DNA of 64,000 nucleotides from Myxococcales bacterium. Its GTDB lineage: Bacteria > Myxococcota_A > Polyangia > Polyangiales > DASUME01. How positions within the stretch are numbered: position 1 is the stretch's first letter; each line of letters opens with the position of its first letter. The translations under genes and the position numbers were made by a program. Below are positions 28,029-37,707 of the stretch, one piece after another. Location: contig JASGJH010000001.1 in assembly GCA_047601445.1 (NCBI GenBank), positions 5,472,001 to 5,536,000 of the forward strand. The letters run 5' to 3'. The notes below the pieces were generated by a model, which searched no databases, was not told where the DNA came from, and saw nothing but the letters and a program-made list of their open reading frames with translations.

Positions 28029-31000
28029 GTGTCCGACCCCTCCGAAAAGCGCCCGAACTCGTCTCTGAAAGCTCCGCTCGCCGACTTCCAACTACCGAAG
28101 ATCGAAGAGGAAATCCTCGCGCTCTGGGAACGCCAGAAGACCGAGCGAAAGAGCCTGACCCCGAGTGGTCAGAAGGCCTTCGTGTTCTACGACGGTCCGC
28201 CCTTTGCCACCGGCCTTCCGCACTACGGTCACCTGCTGGCCGGCACCATCAAGGACATCGTGCCGCGCTACTGGGCCATGCAGGGCCGCGACGTGGAGCG
28301 CCGGTTCGGCTGGGATTGCCACGGCCTGCCCATCGAGAGCCTGATCGAGAACGAGCTCGGGCTGCACAGCAAGTCCGAGATCGAGGCCTTCGGCGTGCCG
28401 CAGTTCAACGCGGCCTGCCGCGCAGGCGTGCTGCGCTTCACCAAGGAATGGGAGCGCACGGTCAAGCGCATGGGGCGCTGGGTCGACTTCGAGAACGACT
28501 ACAAAACCATGGACCCGAGCTTCATGGAGACCGTGTGGTGGGTCTTCAAGCAGCTGTGGGACAAGGGACTCATCTACGAGGGTTTCCGCATCCAACCCGT
28601 GAGCCCGATGCTGGGCACGCCGCTGTCGAACTTCGAGGTAGCGCAGGGACCCCAGGAGCGCGACCCGGTGACCAAGAAGGACGGTCACAAGCGGCGTCAG
28701 GATCCGAGCGTCACCATCCGCTTCAAGCTCGAAGACGAAGACGGCGCCTATCTGTGGGCATGGACGACCACCCCCTGGACGCTGCCGAGCAACCTCGCTC
28801 TCGCCGTGCATCCAGACGTGGAATACGTGAAGGTGCGCCTGAACGAGACCGGTGAGATCGCCTATCTCGAGCCGGGCCGGCTGAGGGACTACCAGGAGCG
28901 CAAGCGCGTGGGTGAGACCACCGAGCTCGCGCGCATGAAGGGCAAGGATCTCGTGGGGCGCACCTACGAGCCGCTCCTGCCCTACTTCGAGAAGTACAAG
29001 AACAAGGAAGACGGTTCGCGCTGGTGCTTCCGCGTGGTGGGCGCCGAGTACGTCACCACCGAGAGCGGCACAGGCATCGTTCACCAGGCGCCGGCCTTCG
29101 GTGAAGACGACTATCAGGTGGGCTTGAAGGAAGGCCTGCCGGTGATCCGTCCGATGGATCTGACGGGCATCTTCGACGAGCGCGTACCGGACTTCAAAGG
29201 TCAGTTCGCCAAGGACGCCGACAAGCACATCATCCACAAGCTCAAGGAAGAGGGCAAGGTCGTGGACCAGGACACGCTGGTCCACCCCTACCCGCACTGC
29301 TACCGCACCGAGCAGCCCCTGCTCTACATGGCGCTCTCCACCTGGTTCATGAAGGTGGAAGCGATCCGCGACGAGCTGGTCGCGAACAACAAGCAGATCC
29401 ATTGGGTGCCCGATCACGTGGGCGAAGGGCGCTTCGGCAACTGGCTGGAAGGCGCGCGCGACTGGAACCTGAGCCGCAACCGCTTCTGGGGCACGCCGAT
29501 CCCGGTCTGGCGCAACGAAGAGGATCCGAACGACATGGTGTGCGTGGGCTCCACGCATGAGCTCGAAGAACTCGCAGGCTTGCCGGCCGGTTCCATCAAG
29601 GATCTTCACCGCGAGACCGTCGACAACATCACCTTCCCCTCGCGCAAGAACGCCAAGGGCCGCATGCGGCGACTCGAGGAGGTGTTCGATTGCTGGTTCG
29701 AGTCGGGCAGCATGCCCTACGCGCAGAACCATTACCCATTCGATGGGAGCAAGAAGCAGTACGTGGAGCAGAACCTGCCCGCGGACTTCATCGCGGAAGG
29801 GCTCGATCAGACGCGCGGCTGGTTCTACACGCTGCACGTGCTGTCGACGGCGCTGTTCGGGCGTCCGGCCTTCAAGAACGTGATCGTGAACGGGCTCATC
29901 TTGGCCGCCGACGGCAAGAAGATGAGCAAGCGCCTGAAGAACTATCCGGATCCCAACGACGTGATCCAGAACTTCGGCGCCGATGCCCTGCGCGCGTACT
30001 TGATCAACAGCGCCGTGGTGCGCGCAGAGCCCATGCGCTTCGGCAAGGACGCCCAGGACACCAGCGGCGAAGCCGTGAAGGACACGGTGCGCCTGGTGGT
30101 GCTGCCGCTGTTCAACGCCTACAACTTCCTCACCACCTACGCCATCGCCGACGGTTGGTCGCCCAGTGCAGCCGACCTCGAGGTGCACCCGAGCGGCGAC
30201 CTGGATCGCTGGATCCTCTCGCGCGTGCAGCACTTCCTGAAGGAGATGCAGCAGGAGTACGAGGACTACGAGCTCTCGAACCTGGTGCCAGCCTTCATCC
30301 GCCTCTCGGACGAGCTCAACAACTGGTACATCCGGCGCGGTCGGCGCCGCTACTGGCGCAAGGCGGGCGAGAGCAAGGAAGGCGACAAGGACAAGCGCGA
30401 AGCGTACGCGACGTTGTTCCGCGTCATTGTCACCGTGGCGCGCGCGATGGCGCCCGTGATGCCGTTCTTCTGCGAGCACCTGTATCAGCGCCTGATGGTG
30501 GACACGGGCCTGGCAGCGCAGGGCGACAGCGTGCACCTCACGCGGTTCCCCAACGCCGATGAGAGCCTGCTCGACCTCGCCCTCGAGGCGCGCATGCAGG
30601 CCGCCCGCGACGTGGTGGGCCTGGGACTCGTGATCCGCGAGCGCGAGAAGATCGGCGTGCGGCGTCCGCTCGGCAAGGTCACCGTGGCGAGCACCCACGC
30701 GAACGCGCGCGAGGCCGTGGCCCAGTTCATCGAGGCCATCACGGGCGAGCTCAACGTGAAGGAAGTGAGCGTGCTCGAGGACGACTCGTCGCTGTGCAAG
30801 ATCACCGCTCAACCCAACTTCCGTACCCTCGGCAAGCGCCTGGGGCCGAAGCTCAATGCCGTGAAGGCTGGACTCGCGGCACTCAAGCCCGCCGATTTCC
30901 AGCGCCTCGAGAGCGAGGGCAAGCTCGAGATCGAGGGCGAGGTGCTCGCGCAGGAGGACATCCTGCTCAAGCGCGAGAACACCGGCGGCGGCGCCGTGGA

Positions 31001-31328
31001 GAGCCAAAACGGCATCACGGTGGTGCTGGACACCAAGATCACGCCCGAGCTCCACGCCGAAGGCATCGCGCGCGAGCTCGTCAACCGCATCCAGAACCTG
31101 CGCAAGGCCGCCGACCTCGACGTGAGCCAGCGCATCCGCCTGGTGCTCGCCTGCGACGGCGTGCTGGGCGAGGTCGCGGAAAGCGAGACCCTGAGCGAAC
31201 TGATCGCCCACGAGACCCTGGCCGTGGAAGTCGAACGCGTACGTGAGAGCGCCGCCCCCGACTGGAAGCACACCAAGGCCGACTCCATCGACGGCGAAAA
31301 AGTCGTCATCGCCCTCGAGCCGGTCTAG
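28029..31328 (+). CDS. ileS: Isoleucine--tRNA ligase, type 2
   Basis: FYDGPPFATGLPHYGH, GWDCHGLP, WTTTPWTLPSN, EGLDQTRGWFY, KMSKR; no C-terminal Zn finger; C-terminal EGIARELVNRIQNLRK; start GTG inferred. Confidence 0.97.
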   Translation: MSDPSEKRPNSSLKAPLADFQLPKIEEEILALWERQKTERKSLTPSGQKAFVFYDGPPFATGLPHYGHLLAGTIKDIVPRYWAMQGRDVERRFGWDCHGLPIESLIENELGLHSKSEIEAFGVPQFNAACRAGVLRFTKEWERTVKRMGRWVDFENDYKTMDPSFMETVWWVFKQLWDKGLIYEGFRIQPVSPMLGTPLSNFEVAQGPQERDPVTKKDGHKRRQDPSVTIRFKLEDEDGAYLWAWTTTPWTLPSNLALAVHPDVEYVKVRLNETGEIAYLEPGRLRDYQERKRVGETTELARMKGKDLVGRTYEPLLPYFEKYKNKEDGSRWCFRVVGAEYVTTESGTGIVHQAPAFGEDDYQVGLKEGLPVIRPMDLTGIFDERVPDFKGQFAKDADKHIIHKLKEEGKVVDQDTLVHPYPHCYRTEQPLLYMALSTWFMKVEAIRDELVANNKQIHWVPDHVGEGRFGNWLEGARDWNLSRNRFWGTPIPVWRNEEDPNDMVCVGSTHELEELAGLPAGSIKDLHRETVDNITFPSRKNAKGRMRRLEEVFDCWFESGSMPYAQNHYPFDGSKKQYVEQNLPADFIAEGLDQTRGWFYTLHVLSTALFGRPAFKNVIVNGLILAADGKKMSKRLKNYPDPNDVIQNFGADALRAYLINSAVVRAEPMRFGKDAQDTSGEAVKDTVRLVVLPLFNAYNFLTTYAIADGWSPSAADLEVHPSGDLDRWILSRVQHFLKEMQQEYEDYELSNLVPAFIRLSDELNNWYIRRGRRRYWRKAGESKEGDKDKREAYATLFRVIVTVARAMAPVMPFFCEHLYQRLMVDTGLAAQGDSVHLTRFPNADESLLDLALEARMQAARDVVGLGLVIREREKIGVRRPLGKVTVASTHANAREAVAQFIEAITGELNVKEVSVLEDDSSLCKITAQPNFRTLGKRLGPKLNAVKAGLAALKPADFQRLESEGKLEIEGEVLAQEDILLKRENTGGGAVESQNGITVVLDTKITPELHAEGIARELVNRIQNLRKAADLDVSQRIRLVLACDGVLGEVAESETLSELIAHETLAVEVERVRESAAPDWKHTKADSIDGEKVVIALEPV

Positions 31329-31355
31329 GGGGTGCCCAGGGGGCCGGTTGTCGCC

Positions 31356-31988
31356 CTACCCCGCGCGGTCCCCGAGCAGCGGCGTGACGCCGAGTCCGCG
31401 CGCCGCTCGAGTCGCGACCCTGCGGGCGTCCGCGAGCCCGGCCGACTCCACGCGTGCGCGGGCCCGCGCGTGCGCTTTCGCGTCCATGAAGCGCGCCTCA
31501 TGGAACGAGGTGGTCGCAACGGGGTCGAATCCGACGAAGCCCAGCGTGCCGCGCACGAAGCCCTTGTGCAGCGGGCTCCCCTGCACCAGCTGATACCAGA
31601 AGCCAGGGCTGTCCATGCTCGTGATCAAGCGCGCCGAACGCCCCCGCAGCAAACGCTCCGGCGGAGCGTGGCGGCTGCGATAGCGGTAGGCGAAGCCAGG
31701 GCGCAGCACGCGGTCCACGAAGCCCTTCATCAGAGCGGGGGGTGCGCCCCACCAGTTGGGAAAGATCCAGGTCACGTGACGCGCCCGTAGGAGTGCCTGG
31801 GAGGCGCGCTCGAGGTCGGGCTCGAAGGGTTGATCCGCCCGCCTCAGGACGAGGTCGAAGACCAGCTCACGCAGGTCGATGCGCTCTACCTGCACCAGGC
31901 TCTGCGCGGCGGCGACGTAGGCGCCCGTGAGCTCGGCCGTGAGTCCGTCTGCTTCCGGGTGACCGTTCAGGACCAATAGCGATTCCAT
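31356..31988 (-). CDS. NAD(P)H dehydrogenase (quinone), flavodoxin-like fold
   Basis: LNGHP, FPNWWGAPPALMKGFVDRVLRPGFAY. Confidence 0.88.
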   Translation of the reverse strand: MESLLVLNGHPEADGLTAELTGAYVAAAQSLVQVERIDLRELVFDLVLRRADQPFEPDLERASQALLRARHVTWIFPNWWGAPPALMKGFVDRVLRPGFAYRYRSRHAPPERLLRGRSARLITSMDSPGFWYQLVQGSPLHKGFVRGTLGFVGFDPVATTSFHEARFMDAKAHARARARVESAGLADARRVATRAARGLGVTPLLGDRAG

Positions 31989-32039
31989 GCATCTACAACT
32001 AGCGACGCTTCGTGCGCGCAGGGAGTCGAACGATCGCAT

Positions 32040-32939
32040 ATGCTCCATGCAATCGTGCATAGGCCCACCGACGCCACCCGTTGGGATGACCTGCGGGTCT
32101 TCCTAGCCGTCCTGCGGCAGGGGAGCTTCTCGGGCGCCGCGAGCTCGCTCGGCATCGAGCAATCCACCGTGAGCAGGCGCATCGCCGCCCTCGAAGCGGC
32201 GCTCGGAGCTGCGCTCTTCGATCGCACCGCCGCCGGACCGCGGCCCAGCGAGCTGGCCCTCGAGCTACGCGAGCACGCCGAGCGCGTGGAGCAGGAGATC
32301 CTGGAGTTGCTGGATCACGCGGGCTCGCAGGGCAAGGTGGTGGAAGGACGCGTGCGCCTGGCGACCACCGAGTCCTTCGCGGTGCACGTGATCATCCCGC
32401 ACCTCCTGTCAGGCCTGCGTGCGCTGCATCCGGAGCTGCGCGTCGATCTCCTGGTGAGCGAGCGCGCGGCGGACCTCACGCAGCGCGAGGCCGACGTGGC
32501 CTTGCGCTTCTTCCGTCCCAAGCAAGGGGACCTGGTAGCCAAGCGCATCGCGGTGTTGCCCACCGTGGTGCTGGCCCACGAACGTTACTTGGCCGGGCGC
32601 ACCGAGCTGCGCGTCGATACGCTGGACTGGATCGTGCTCGACCATGACTCTGCCGAGCCCGCGTTGCCGGCCTACCTTTCGGCCCACGGCAAGCTCGAGC
32701 CCGTGCTGCGCACCAATGGCCACCTCGCGCAGGTGGAAGCGGTGCGCGCGGGACTCGGCGTGGCGTTGTTGGCCAAGTCACTCACTCGGCTCGATCCCGG
32801 TCTCAAGGTACTCTCGCTCGATCTCCCTGCGAGCCCGCCCGTCGAGCTGTGGCTGGTGACACCGCGCAGCTTGAGTCGTATCCCGCGCATCCGCGCGCTC
32901 TGGGAGTACCTCGAAAAGACCCTGACCGCGCTCGCCTAA
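32040..32939 (+). CDS. LysR-family transcriptional regulator
   Basis: WDDLRVFLAV..GSFSGAA..LGIEQSTVSRRIAALE; READVALR; divergent from the oxidoreductase; start uncertain. Confidence 0.93.
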   Translation: MLHAIVHRPTDATRWDDLRVFLAVLRQGSFSGAASSLGIEQSTVSRRIAALEAALGAALFDRTAAGPRPSELALELREHAERVEQEILELLDHAGSQGKVVEGRVRLATTESFAVHVIIPHLLSGLRALHPELRVDLLVSERAADLTQREADVALRFFRPKQGDLVAKRIAVLPTVVLAHERYLAGRTELRVDTLDWIVLDHDSAEPALPAYLSAHGKLEPVLRTNGHLAQVEAVRAGLGVALLAKSLTRLDPGLKVLSLDLPASPPVELWLVTPRSLSRIPRIRALWEYLEKTLTALA

Positions 32940-32977
32940 CTGCGGGCGTCCAAGACCCGACGAACCAGCGCCACGGC

Positions 32978-33349
32978 TCAGCTCTTATCGTAGAAGAACT
33001 CTTCCTTCACGATCTTGTCGTCCTTCACCGTGAACACGGCGATCTCGTCCATTTGCATGCGCTGCTTCTGCGTCTTGTTGGTCACGTCGTAGCTGAAGCG
33101 CACTGCAAACTTGGCGTCTCCGTGAGGCCACGGCCCTTCGACCTTGGCACTGTGGATCTCGTGGTTGTCCTCCCACCACTTGTTCTTGCCGAGCACGCCG
33201 TCTTTGCCCTTGGTGATGCGCTCTCCGTTGGGCATCGCTGCCGCCTCCACGCTCTCGATGTTGTCTGCGTAGAGCGAGCGAATGCACTCCAAGTTCTTGC
33301 CTGCCTTGCAGTAGTCGACGAGTTTGTGACTGATCTGCTGGATCGTCAT
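32978..33349 (-). CDS. SnoaL/NTF2-like protein
   Basis: LYADNIESVE, KNKWW, EIAVFTVKDDKIVKEEFFY; SD GGAGGG. Confidence 0.85.
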   Translation of the reverse strand: MTIQQISHKLVDYCKAGKNLECIRSLYADNIESVEAAAMPNGERITKGKDGVLGKNKWWEDNHEIHSAKVEGPWPHGDAKFAVRFSYDVTNKTQKQRMQMDEIAVFTVKDDKIVKEEFFYDKS

Positions 33350-33510
33350 GGTCTCACCCTCCTGGCATGGCTCGCGGAACGAGCTCCAAGGAAGCCTCCC
33401 ACAACGTCACGCGTGGCGCTCGACCTCGGCGAGGAAGCGCTGGCCCCCCGACTACGAACGCTTTTGAACGTCACACCCCACGTTTCGCCCCTTTCGGAGC
33501 GCGACGTGAA

Positions 33511-34440
33511 TCAGAGCTCGACGGCCTCGATGCGGCGATTCTCTTGGCGCCCAGCGTCGGTATCGTTCGGCGCAATCGGACGCTCGTCGCCGTACCCTAC
33601 GGCCGTTACGCGTGCGCCGTCGATGCCCTTCGAGACGAGGTAATCGCGGCACGCCTGGGCGCGCTTCTCGGAGAGCTGCTTGTTGGTCTTCGGGTTGCCG
33701 ACGTTGTCGGTGTGCCCGGCGATCTCGATCTTCGCGCTCAGTTTGTGCGCCATGTACTCGACCACGGTATCGAGCTGGGCGAACGACTCCGGCCGAATGC
33801 TGGCCTTGCCGCTGTCGAAGGTGACGCCGTTCAGCACGAAGCCAGCAGGCTCTGGTAGCGCAGCCGCCGCGGCGGGACGAGGCGGCGGCTCCCAGCGCTT
33901 GTAGCGCAAGGTCAGTCGGACGTTTTGGTTCGGCTCTTCGCTCACGGGCACCGTGGCCGCGATGTCCTTGCGACCGAGCGCGAGATAAACCAGGTCGTAC
34001 TTCTTGCCCACAGGCACCAGCACCTCGGCGTAGCCTTCGGCGTTGGTCTCCTGCGTGTAGTACTTGATGCCGTCGGGCGAGGTCAGCGAGATCACGATGC
34101 CGCGGATGGGCCCCTTCTCCTTGTCCACGACTGTGAACTTGAGAGCGGCCTCGGTGCGCGTGGCCTTGATCTGCGACTCGGGATGCTCCTGCGGCTTGTT
34201 CTTGGGATCGGTCTTCGCGACCTGGAACTCCATGGGCTTGCTCGGATCGACGTCGGTGACCGGCGCGACACCCGAGCCGTCACCACCCGTGCCTTCGCTC
34301 GATTCCGCGCTCGTGGTGGCGACCTCTCCTCCGGCTGCGGCTTCTGCAGGATCAGCCGACGCGGCGGGCTCGGACTTCTGTCCCCCGCCGCAGGCAACTA
34401 GGGCCAAGGCTGTGATCGTTGTGCCTACAAGGTGGCGCAT
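33511..34440 (-). CDS. OmpA-family lipoprotein
   Basis: Lipobox LVAC (start MRHLV); FDSGKA, IAGHTDNVG, LSEKRA, GYGDERP, NRRIE. Confidence 0.9.
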   Translation of the reverse strand: MRHLVGTTITALALVACGGGQKSEPAASADPAEAAAGGEVATTSAESSEGTGGDGSGVAPVTDVDPSKPMEFQVAKTDPKNKPQEHPESQIKATRTEAALKFTVVDKEKGPIRGIVISLTSPDGIKYYTQETNAEGYAEVLVPVGKKYDLVYLALGRKDIAATVPVSEEPNQNVRLTLRYKRWEPPPRPAAAAALPEPAGFVLNGVTFDSGKASIRPESFAQLDTVVEYMAHKLSAKIEIAGHTDNVGNPKTNKQLSEKRAQACRDYLVSKGIDGARVTAVGYGDERPIAPNDTDAGRQENRRIEAVEL

Positions 34441-34505
34441 CGTGCTCCCTTTATGGTCAGAAAGGCTGCGCACGACGCTAACACACGGGACTGCCGCAAA
34501 TCGAA

Positions 34506-35753
34506 CTAACGCTCGCTGCGCGGAGCGCGCGCAGGGCCTCTCGCGACCGCCAAACGACGGCGCCCCAACCACACGAGCACGCCCAGCAGAACCAGGCTCG
34601 CGGTGGAGCCTTGCCTTGCGTGCGCGGCGTTCGGACCGAGGCTGCAGGCCCCGGCTCCCACCTTCGACTCCTGCGGCGGCTCGTCCGCGACGGGCCCACG
34701 TTTAGGAACTACCGGCTGGGTCGGCTGCTCTGGATCCATGTCGAGCGTCTCGATCTCGTCCTCGAGTGCCTGCACATCGCAGTTGTGCTCGAACTCATCG
34801 CAGTCTGGCGCGGGTTCGCTCGAATACCCAGCCTCGCTGTCAGCCAGGCAAAACGCGGCGCGCGCATGGCACCAGTCGGCAAGCAGCTTGGCCGGTGCAT
34901 CCCCTCCGTCCACCGAGGGTGGTGCGAGGCAGGACGCTAGATTGAAATCCGACAGCTGTGCATTTTCGCGCTCAGGCCCAGGAATCGACCCGGTCAGACA
35001 TACCTGGCGGCGCTCCTCGTGCCCGTCGTACACGTTGCGAGCCACGAGCGTGACACACGATTGCACACCGGGTTTGAGGGGAACGCGGGCGGAGGCAGTG
35101 AGTGCGAGAGTCCAACCAGCGGGCAGCGGCTGGGGTGTGTTCATGGAGGACGCCGCGAACAACCAGCCATCCCGTTCCGCAATCTCGACCTCGAGCTGCG
35201 AGGCATCCACGACATGGGTCGTGGTGAAGATCTGGTCGTCCAAAGCACAGCCTCCATGGTCGATGCCCGTATGGCAGGAGTAGCGTGAGCCGGCCGAAAC
35301 CTCGTCCCATGTCTCGCTGGCCATCACCGCATCGAGCCCAGCGCCTACGCTCGATTGCGCGAGCTGAAATTTCTTGGCTGAATCGGCCCAAATCTCGACC
35401 TGGCCTTGCGCGCTCAACCCATAGTCCACGCCCGCGACGAGCGGCGTGGTGGGGGTAAACGCGAGGAGCGCGTAGTGGCTACCTTCCTCATGCGTGCGCG
35501 ACCAGGTGCCAGCGATCTCGCTGTCTGGCGCGTCCTGTCGGAAGACGCGCAGCGTAAGCACGGCGTCTCTACACTGATCGGGGTTGTCCGAACATCCCAA
35601 CCAAAACCACAAGGGACCGGCGGGCTGCGCCAAACCCGCGGGGGCCAACAGGAGCCCTCGAAAGGGAGGCGAGCACGCAGCAGCGCGCTCGGGCGTAGCC
35701 AGCACTCCAAACGCAAGAAGAGACAAGGCGGAAGCGAGACTTCGATTGATCAT
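34506..35753 (-). CDS. Secreted protein with MYXO-CTERM-like C-terminal sorting signal
   Basis: Signal peptide ending AAA-CS; C-terminal GACSLG...hydrophobic helix...RRR. Confidence 0.75.
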   Translation of the reverse strand: MINRSLASALSLLAFGVLATPERAAACSPPFRGLLLAPAGLAQPAGPLWFWLGCSDNPDQCRDAVLTLRVFRQDAPDSEIAGTWSRTHEEGSHYALLAFTPTTPLVAGVDYGLSAQGQVEIWADSAKKFQLAQSSVGAGLDAVMASETWDEVSAGSRYSCHTGIDHGGCALDDQIFTTTHVVDASQLEVEIAERDGWLFAASSMNTPQPLPAGWTLALTASARVPLKPGVQSCVTLVARNVYDGHEERRQVCLTGSIPGPERENAQLSDFNLASCLAPPSVDGGDAPAKLLADWCHARAAFCLADSEAGYSSEPAPDCDEFEHNCDVQALEDEIETLDMDPEQPTQPVVPKRGPVADEPPQESKVGAGACSLGPNAAHARQGSTASLVLLGVLVWLGRRRLAVARGPARAPRSER

Positions 35754-35765
35754 GCCCGACCTGTC

Positions 35766-35780
35766 GCAACGCTCATGCCA
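35766..35780 (-). promoter_or_regulatory. Sigma54 promoter of the 34506..35753 gene
   Basis: Minus strand TGGCATGAGCGTTGC (GG-N10-GC). Confidence 0.75.
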
Positions 35781-35856
35781 GCCCCAAAGCTCAATCCTTG
35801 CGCTTTTAACCCCGTGTCAGCGTGTGCCGAGCGCCAGCTCGAGCAAGGAGTCGGCG

Positions 35857-36099
35857 CTAGCGCTTGTTCCCTCGAGTGCACGCAGCGCGCTTTGCGACCC
35901 CGGATCGACGGCGCCCAAGCAACGCGAGCATGCTCAGCAACGCCAAGCTCGCGGTGGAGCCCTCGTCTCCCTGTGCGAGGCCCACCGGGCTCACCACGAG
36001 CACCTTCGGCTCCGGCGAGCACGCAGCCGCAGGCTCGGGCGTGACCATCACGCCGAGCGCCAGGAGAGAAAAGGCTGAAGCGAAACTGCGGTCGATCAT
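35857..36099 (-). CDS. 80-aa internally deleted paralog of the 34506..35753 gene (mini-protein or pseudogene)
   Basis: N-terminal ~43 aa match the larger gene's N-terminus, then join in frame to GSTASL..LGRRR matching its C-terminus. Confidence 0.65.
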   Translation of the reverse strand: MIDRSFASAFSLLALGVMVTPEPAAACSPEPKVLVVSPVGLAQGDEGSTASLALLSMLALLGRRRSGVAKRAACTRGNKR

Positions 36100-36111
36100 T
36101 CCCGACCCACC

Positions 36112-36126
36112 GCAACGCCTATGCCA
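36112..36126 (-). promoter_or_regulatory. Sigma54 promoter of the mini-paralog
   Basis: Minus strand TGGCATAGGCGTTGC, same spacing to ATG as the first copy. Confidence 0.75.
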
Positions 36127-36183
36127 GCCTAAAACCTCAATCCTTACGCCGTAACACCGTGTCAGCCTGTGCCGGACACCCGC

Positions 36184-37704
36184 TCAAGGAGCAGGAGCCG
36201 GCGCAGGCGTTGGCGCCGTGTCTGGCGCGGGCGTCGGCGCAGTGTCTGGCGCCGCGGGCTGCTCACCCGGCTGCGCAGGCTTCGTATCGAAGTCCTCCAG
36301 ATTCACGTCATCCAGGTCTTCGAGACTGGGTGCGTCCTCTTCGAGCTCATCCAGCCCCACGCCGCCAGGTTCACCCTGGTCAGGCGCCGGCGCGGCGCCG
36401 GTGTCTGCGGGGGAGAGGTCCGCCGTCTTGGACAGCGAGGGCAGGAAGGTGGAGAGCCAGGGCACATAGGTGGTGATGACGAGCGTCACACCGAGCACCG
36501 CGATGAAGGGCAACACCGAGCGGTAGACGTTGGTCACCGGCACGTTGAAGCGGAAGCTCGAGATAATGAGGTTGAGGCCGAGCGGCGGCGCCAGGTAGGC
36601 GATCTCCAGGTTCACCAGGAAGGTGATGGCCAGGTGGTAGGGATCGACCGCGAAGTGCTTGGCGATGGGCACGATCAGCGGAACCACCACGAAGATGGCC
36701 GCGAAGATCTCCATCACCATGCCCGCGAGCAAGCAGAACACGTTGAGCACCAGCAGGAACATGGTCTTGGAGGTGATCAGGGTCTGCATCGCCTCGAGCA
36801 CGCGCATGGGCACCTGGGCCTGCACGAGATACGAGGTGAAGCCGATGGCCGTGGAGAGGATGGCGAGGATGGCGCCCACCAGGGTCATCGACTCGCGGAT
36901 GATGCGCGGAAGATCCCGACGGACGTCGAGCTCACGGTAGATGAAGGTCTCGATGAAGAGCACGTACAGGCCGGTGAAGGCCGATGCCTCGTGCACGCGC
37001 AAAAGACCCGAAGCCAGGCCGCCCACGATGACCACGGGCAGACCGATCTCCCACTTGGTCTCCTTGATGGCCTCCCAGGCGACCTTCCTGTCGAACTTGG
37101 TGCGTGGGACGTTGGACTTGACGCCGATGAACGCCGAGTAGACGCAGGTGGCGATCACGGTGAGGATGCCGGGCAACAGACCTGCAAGGAACAGCTTGTC
37201 GAGCAGGATGTTGGCCACGATGCCGTAGAGGATGAGCGGCAGCGCGGGCGGGAACATGATGCCGAGCGAGCCGGCCGTGGTCACGAGGCCGAGTGAGAAC
37301 TGCCGGGGGTAGTTCTCCTGGATCAGCGCCGGGAACAACAGACCACCGATGGCCACGATGGTGATGCCGCTACCGCCAGTGAAGGTGGTAAAGAACGCGC
37401 TGGTGATCAGGCACACCACGGCCAGACCGCCGGGCATCCATCCGAAGACGGCGCGCGAGAACTTGATCAAGCGGCGAGGCGTGCCGCCCTCCGCCATCAG
37501 GTAGCCGGCGATGGTGAAGAGCGGGATGGTCACCAACTGGGGCGAATCGGCGAACTTCTCGCTGAACACGTCGATGGCGACCGACGTGATGGTGCCACCT
37601 TGATCCTGGTTGAACAGGTACATGGCACTGGCGCCGAACATCATGAACAGCGGCATGCCGATGAGAGCGACGGCCAGGAAGGCCAGGGTAATGATCAGCG
37701 TCAT
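36184..37704 (-). CDS. dctM: TRAP transporter large permease subunit
   Basis: IPLFTIAGYLM, GWMPGGLA, GSLGIMFPPA, NLEIAYLAPPLGLNL; acidic Pro/Ala-rich tail. Confidence 0.92.
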   Translation of the reverse strand: MTLIITLAFLAVALIGMPLFMMFGASAMYLFNQDQGGTITSVAIDVFSEKFADSPQLVTIPLFTIAGYLMAEGGTPRRLIKFSRAVFGWMPGGLAVVCLITSAFFTTFTGGSGITIVAIGGLLFPALIQENYPRQFSLGLVTTAGSLGIMFPPALPLILYGIVANILLDKLFLAGLLPGILTVIATCVYSAFIGVKSNVPRTKFDRKVAWEAIKETKWEIGLPVVIVGGLASGLLRVHEASAFTGLYVLFIETFIYRELDVRRDLPRIIRESMTLVGAILAILSTAIGFTSYLVQAQVPMRVLEAMQTLITSKTMFLLVLNVFCLLAGMVMEIFAAIFVVVPLIVPIAKHFAVDPYHLAITFLVNLEIAYLAPPLGLNLIISSFRFNVPVTNVYRSVLPFIAVLGVTLVITTYVPWLSTFLPSLSKTADLSPADTGAAPAPDQGEPGGVGLDELEEDAPSLEDLDDVNLEDFDTKPAQPGEQPAAPDTAPTPAPDTAPTPAPAPAP

Positions 37705-37707
37705 GGT

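Noticed and set aside
28092..31271. 1059-aa antisense ORF and other long shadow ORFs (e.g. 5561..7462, 23529..25220, 49319..50932)
   Set aside because: Antisense mirrors of real high-GC3 genes, a common artefact in GC-rich DNA
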